A stretch of 64,000 bases of DNA. Origin: the human T2T-CHM13v2.0 reference genome, Homo sapiens. The notes under the pieces were generated by a model that worked only from the letters and a program-made list of their open reading frames with translations, had not been told where the DNA came from and searched no databases. Numbering within the stretch: position 1 is the first letter of the stretch; each line of letters starts with the position of its first letter. The position numbers and the translations under genes are program-made. Positions 56,247 to 64,000 of this stretch are shown here, piece by piece. The stretch is taken from the NCBI RefSeq assembly GCF_009914755.1, contig NC_060928.1; one strand, 5' to 3'.

Positions 56247-58433
56247 AATTGTAATTAGCCATTTTTGAAGATACAGGAATGAGTAAAACAGCCCCATACA
56301 TTCGAAGGTCTTCAATGAAGTAGACTTCCAGGTTGGCAGCCCTGTGTGGATGGGCTATACCATACACAGAATCTGTAAAGTGGGTTTAACTCTATAGAAT
56401 TAGCCATTGTGTAGCTAGGATAAAACTTAGTGTTGTTCTACTCCAGACTGAGCATCAGTGCTTACTCTCTAAATCCACCTCACTATTAACCTCTTGCCAA
56501 TGAATCACCAGAAAACAAGTCCTAGGTGCAACTTATACAATTATTTCCCTATTCAAGTTGCCAAGAATTTGGAATAATGAAGTGATTTACTTTTATAACA
56601 TTAAAACAAAATTACACATAAGTCGTCAACGTCTATGCTTATCAGCTAGCAGATTATTTAGAGTAAATGATTTGGAAAAAGTCAAGTCCTTGTATTGCTC
56701 TTTTTAGCATTTTGTCTTTGAAAAAGTGACTTTCTAATGGCCAATTTATTTATCAATATGTTCAGAAATAATAACACTTACTGCCTGGATTTTGTGGTGA
56801 TTAAATGAGAAAATTGCATAAAGCAACTAGCATAGTGTCTGATACATAAAGAAAGCTTCATCTATGCTTGATACAAATCATTATAGGATATAAATTTACA
56901 GCAATATACATCTTGGTGTATGTAGAGACATATTACATTTTCTTCCATTATGGTGATACTTCCTGTAGTTTTATGTCTGTGTTATTTTCGTAAGAAGAAT
57001 TTAAGTCAAATATTTGAATGTGGTATTGAGTAAAGCATTACTCTGAAGAATAAATAACAGGGATATTTTAAAAAAAGAAAAACACTGAAATCCTAAGGAG
57101 TATTTATATGTTTTAAATGTGCTATTCAAGAAAATCATAGCATCAAATCTTATCTTGCCAAATCCCATAAACAATAAGAGCCAGTTCATGGCTTAACAGT
57201 ATTCAATATAATTATTTTCATATTACATTAAAATCTAGACTCAATTGAATATTATGGCAAATTAAAATTATAAACTAATTCTATCAATGTGACATTGATG
57301 AATTTCCCCCTGCAGCTATTAATAATTACAGCCATAAGAAACTTAAAATATTAAATATTTTATCTCATTTTGCTCTTAGATTAAATTTGTGAAGGGAGCT
57401 AATATTTCCATTTTAAAAAGGAGAGATTTACATCTAAGAAAATTCAAGTCTTTTGCCCAAGTTTGCTATTCAGTGGCAAGGTTGTAAGGAAAATCAAGGA
57501 CTATCTAAATTTCAAAGTCTGTATTCTTTTTATTGCTGCTATAAATTGATATTTGACAAAGTGCATATCATACATAATTCTTTTTTAAACATGTGTTTGA
57601 AAAATTGTTTTAATTCCATTGACATTGATTATCTGTAAATAGTTTTAATTGATAACATGTCTGGTAAGCAGGCCAAGTATTGTGACATTAGCTTTTTAGG
57701 ATAGTGAGTAAAAAATTCTAGTATATAAAATATAACATTATTTGTAATACATGTGTATTTCAAAATATAAAATAAATTATAACTGATAAATCTTATTTTT
57801 TAAAAACAATAGGATTAAACAGTAGGATTCGTTTCTGAAGCTCCGACAAAGTTAATTTTTCTAACTTGTGGAATTACATGTTACACCCAAGTATAATATA
57901 AGTGAACTTTAGAACACCATAATTATAAAGAAAACTGAGTCATTAAATTGCCAAAAATAGAAAAAGCATTTTATAGCAGAAATTGTCTTCTGTTCAGATA
58001 ATTATTTAAATATAAGGTCGAATATTCCAGGTTTTTTAGAAACGCAGATAATTAAGGTAGGTGATGCTAACACCATTAGACTTGGTTCTTTGGTGATTAG
58101 AAATTAAAAGTATTCCAAGAGACTCTCTTGTTGCAGTTGACGGAAGAACATGCAAAAGGTGAATAAAATGTATTATTTTACCTAGTTTACATATGATTAA
58201 CCTTTAATGGAGAAGGCACTGGCTCAAATATTGCTTTCAAATTAACAGGCATTCGCTTTTAAATCAAAGGAATTTCTTTGCTAGCAATATGAATGGAATA
58301 TACATTTCAAATAAAATAATTTCCTTGGTGGCATTTAAACCACAGACTTTAACAAAGATAGATCCTAAAAGTGTATAAAAATGAATGAAAACATATGAAA
58401 CCATAAATTAGATGAACAATTTCAGGATTTGAA

Positions 58434-58923
58434 CAGGGTTGCTAGATAAAATACAGGACACTCAGTTAAATTTGAAGAATTTTTTAGTAAAATTATGGGC
58501 TGAATTGTGCTCCCTCCTCCACCCTTCACCACCATCACACATTGATGTCCTAAGCCCTAGGACCTCAAAGAATGGGATTGTATTTGGAGACAGGGCCCTT
58601 CAAGTGGTAATTACATTGAAATGAGATCACTGGAGTAAGCCTTTATCCAATATGACTGGTGTTCTTATAAAAGAGGACATTTTGAACAGAGGCACGTACA
58701 AAGGAGAAGACTGAGTAAAAACACAAGAAGACAGCTGTCTCCAAGCCAAGAAGAAAAGCTGTCCAAAGGAACCAACCCTGCTGTCACTTTTACTTTGGAC
58801 ATCTAGCCTCCAGACTGTGAGTAAGGTTTTGATTGTTTAAGCCACCTGGTCTGTGGTACTTTTTGTCTGGCAGCTCCAACAAACAAAAACAGTATCTTTT
58901 ATTTGCTAAATTTGGCAATCCTA
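58434..58923. mobile_element. MER53-like hAT MITE split by MLT1B, right arm largely lost
   Basis: cagggttgctagataaaatacaggaca ... tatttgctaaatttggcaatccta. Confidence 0.75.
58491..58891 (+). mobile_element. MaLR solo LTR, MLT1B-like
   Basis: ttatgggctgaattgtg...tatttggagacagggcc...ttgtttaagccacctggtctgtggtact. Confidence 0.85.
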
Positions 58924-59132
58924 ATGATAAAAAGTTGTCATCAATTATAGTGAAGACCATATGTAATTGCAAAGAACTAGGTAAGCAAATTAGTTTTTAA
59001 TTTATTATCACTAACATTAACATTAGTCCTTTTAGTCCTTTCTCTAGATCCTAATCATCCTTTCATGAAAAGGAGAAATTAGCGTTTTATATTTAGTTAT
59101 CTTTTGTACTTAAAATTACTTTAAAAATTTCT

Positions 59133-59471
<339 letters not shown>

Positions 59472-59749
59472 TTAAATAAATATAGCCCATATGCTCTGGA
59501 TATAAAATACAATCTTTTAGAACATTTTCACCCTCAGAGTTCTATGATTTTATGATACTGACATGAAGAAGGAAAAAAATTAACACTCAGTTTATTCATT
59601 TATTTATCACATTGTTTCTTACTGCTTTTTAAATCATTTTTTTATGCTTATAATAGTAGACCATATTTGTTGAAGAAAACTTTAAAGTAGAGGATAGAAG
59701 AAAATAGAACATAAAAATTATTTTCAATTTCACTACCCCAAGATAACCA

Positions 59750-60656
59750 TTTTTCTTTTTCTGTTATTTACTTATTGTTAGAAAAAAAAGGTGGGGGGAT
59801 ACATGTGCAGAACATGCAGGTTTGTTACATAGGTATACGTGTGCCATGGTGGTTTGCTGCACCTATTGATCCATCCTATAAGTGCCCTTTTCTCACCCTC
59901 CAATCCTCAAGAGGCCCTGGTGTGTTTTGTTCTCCTCTCTGTGTACATGTGTTCTTGTTGTTCAACTCCCACTTATGAGGGAGAACATGCAGTGTTTGGT
60001 CTTCTGTTCCTGTGTTAGTTTGCTGAGAATTATGGCTTCCAGCTTTTTCCATGTCCCTGCAAAGGACATAATCTCATTCCTTTATATGGCTGCATAGTGT
60101 TCCATGGTGTATATGTACCACATTTTCCTTATCTAGTCTATCACTGATAGGTTTTTGAATTGGTTCCATGTCTTTGATGTTGTAAATAGTGCTGCAATAA
60201 ACATATGTGTGCATGTGTCTTTAGAGTAGAATGATTTATATTCCTTTTGGTATATACCCAGTAATGGGATTGCTGGGTCAAATGGTATTTCTAGTTCTAG
60301 ATCCCTGAGGGATCACCATACTGTCTTCCACAGTGGCTTAACTAATGTACATTTCCACCAATGTTGCAAAAGCACTCCTATTTTTCCACAGCCTCGCCAG
60401 CATCTATTATTTCCTGATTTTTTAATAATCCTCATTCTGACTGGTGTGAGATGGTATCTCACTGGGGTTTTGATTTGCATTTCTCTGATGATCAGTGATG
60501 TCGAACTTTTTTTCCTATGCTTCTTGGCCACGTAAATGTCTTATTTTGAGACGGGTCTGTTCATACCCTTTCCTCACCTTTCAATGGGATTATCTGATTT
60601 TTTTCTTGGGAATTTAAGTTCCTGTAAATTCTGGATTTTAGACCTTTGTCAGATGA
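59750..60656 (-). mobile_element. 5'-truncated L1PA (PA8-like): 3'UTR and ORF2 end
   Basis: gatacatgtgcagaacatgcaggtttgttacatagg; ORF 60313-60531 is the ORF2 C-terminus (REMQIKT..RYHLTPVRM). Confidence 0.92.
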
Positions 60657-61959
60657 CGTGAAAGGTGGGGAAAGGATGCATCAAGGAGATACTTGTGCCC
60701 AGGCCATGTTTTGTGGCAGGGCTGAACTGTTGCCTAGGAAGAAGGTAGACATCAATGAAAGGGCCCATGACAGCAGAGGTGATGCTTGTTTGTGCCATGG
60801 CTGTGGTCTGGTGTCCTCTGGCACTAGGAACAGCCTCAGAGCTCAAGAGTACACAACTAAATTGGAAGAAAGGCCTGGCACTGAATCATATTTTGAAATG
60901 GGGATTACTGGAGACCTTCCTGTTTGTACAGCTTGCCTCGTTCCACAACTATACGCGAAGAACAAATGTTTCAACCACTGGAAAGTCAGGCTCCACATGG
61001 AGTAACAGCTGAGTGGTGGGAAGGAAGGAGACCCCTTTATTCATCGCAGCATCTCCAGACATAACATAATGCATGTAGCCAATGGTACTCAATAAATGTA
61101 GCATTAAATGAACTACTATATACACCTGACCCCAGAACACCTTCTCTCCCTAGTAAATTGTGTTTCTAAAGTCAGAATTTGTATTATGCCCAAGTTAAAA
61201 TAAATATTTCAGTTGTCACCCAGAAGTAACTTTTGGTATATTTTTAGCAGTTATTACCTAGGCATGGGCAAATTTAACCATATGAAGTTAATGTCAACCT
61301 ACACAGCCATCAACTGCATTGAATTTTTTGCATCAACATCACCACATATGCATTTCCACTTAAATTAACATAACCCAAAATTGCTTTAAGTGTTTTAAAA
61401 GATAGCACCCCATGGTGCAGTATTGAATGAATTATAGGCCTGAAGAAGATTGCCATCAACCAGGCAAAGCAACTAAAGGCAGCAGACATTTCAAAATCGT
61501 TCAAAATAGAGCGCAGAAATGTCATGGCTAGAAGCCCATGTTAGTATGTCTGGCAGGAGCATAATTCAAATACTGAGTATTTGTCAAAAGCTTCTGGGTG
61601 ACTCTTATGCAGCTGCTTAACTTTTAACAATGTATAGTTCAATTAATGGAATAAAAAGAGAAAATGTAGACAAACCCTAGAATTACTCATGTTATTTTAA
61701 AATATGCTGGAAGTTTTAAAGAAACCAAAGAATTCAAGGTCCTGAGGATGGTATAGGAAATAAAACTGGTCACTCTGAAGCCTAAAGTAATTTAGAAGAC
61801 TCTTCAAACTTGAGAGTTTGAATACAACATAGATTTGGTTTTATTGCGATAGTAAAGAAAGAAGTTTTATGTAATAGTGGGAAAAGATATTGTTATCTGG
61901 GAAATTTTAGATTATGTTAGGTATGTTAAGTATAATGTTGCCATTGTTATTAACAATTA

Positions 61960-62360
<401 letters not shown>

Positions 62361-63014
62361 ATGTTTCTAGAAAATCTAGGATTCAAAGAATAGTAATTCT
62401 GCAGTTCTCTATACCTAATGCTAAATACCTGTGTGATTTGGGGCAAGAGATTTTGTTTCTCTGACTCTGTTTCTTTCTAGATGGCTTACTTCACAGATAT
62501 ATGTGGAGCAAATGAATGAAATTAGTGAACTCTAAAGTATTGAACATAGAACACAATTAGAAAAGAGCCTCTGAGTATGTACTTAATAAATGTTTCCAGT
62601 TACTAACATTATGATAGTAGCTAGAAAGCAGTGTCATATTCTTATGGATACTTATCTATTAAAGTAATCTAAACTCTATTAATAAAAATATTTTCTATGG
62701 GACTTAAAGTGATTTTCTTTTCATATTAAAAAATGTAGTTTGTAAACTTTACTTTTCCTTAAATGACACTTTGGCCAGATGGCTTATTTTCCATTTTATA
62801 CTGCTTTTCTCGTTTTATATATTTCAGATATTTCCATATTCTCATATTCATTAAAAACATGATTATAAAGGCTGTTTAGTACTAAAGTGCATGGATGTCC
62901 TATAACATGAATAAATATAATCTTATCATTGGACATTTATACCACTTTTAATTTTAGCTCTTGTTTATAGAGCTACAATGAATATGGGTACACATGAATT
63001 TGTGTGTGTCTGTT

Positions 63015-63323
<309 letters not shown>

Positions 63324-64000
63324 ATGTGTGTTTGTTTTATTCCTCAAGAAAATTAACAGGCATATTATTAGTGTATTAAAAATATGAACCTTTATAATAC
63401 TATATGTATTACCAATTTTCAACTGCAACTTGGAGTTTCAAATTCTACCAGTAGTATATGAAGAGACTCTTTCAATGCACCTTCATTGTCCCCCCATATA
63501 TTAACTGTGCTACCTTCCCTTAGACATAATATTGACATTCTCTGAAATTTTTCTTGTCTGTAAAATGCAGTATGTTCTATTTCCCCCACACAGTTATGAG
63601 TATTATATTAAGTAATATAGTATCAATCAGAATAATCTGTCCTTTCTGATATATGCCCCTTCTCTTGCGGAGATCTGAACTATTTTAACAGTTTTACACA
63701 TTATCTTTCTCACTCTGCTGATGATTGCTAAGTTTATCATTGGAATTCTCTGATATCTTGAAATTGCCTCTTGGATATGTCCTCTTGTATGTTTCACAGT
63801 CACGTGAAGCCGTAAAGTCCAACCACCTCATTAGTTTTCTTTCTCCTCTTTGTTTTCTATTTTCAAAAAAACCAGTTAAATTCTCAGTATGTTATGCAAA
63901 CCATAAAGCCCTCTTTAACTACATCCTCTGATTACACCTGATGCATATTCTTCTACTTACTAAATATTTCTGAATTATCTTTTGAAATGTCTCTCACATG

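Noticed and set aside
60646-61005. 119-aa Cys-containing ORF
   Set aside because: Non-ATG start inside L1, no recognisable domain or splice context

Overview
AT-rich primate (human-like) intergenic or intronic DNA dominated by interspersed repeats (Alu J/S/Y, L1, L2, MIR, MaLR and ERVL LTRs, hAT and Tc1/mariner elements). I see no intact host protein-coding gene; the ORF track is almost entirely repeat-derived or chance. The centrepiece is a ~15 kb block with two old class I (ERV1) proviruses tail-to-tail, 238 bp apart. Provirus A (33526-42470, +) is structurally complete (LTR, PBS-Arg, gag, pro, pol, env, PPT, LTR; TSD GGTT) but pseudogenised. It carries an unexplained single-pass-transmembrane-like reading frame between pol and env. 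Provirus B (42709-48569, -) is deleted (PBS-Leu, TSD TACT) and keeps only a matrix-like frame and a long AT-rich internal region. Other points of note: two candidate non-coding exons, a short locally templated insertion inside an Alu, a micro-inversion in Tigger3b, a monomeric AluY and a MADE1 hairpin. Repeat subfamily names come from recalled consensus sequences and need RepeatMasker/Dfam confirmation.
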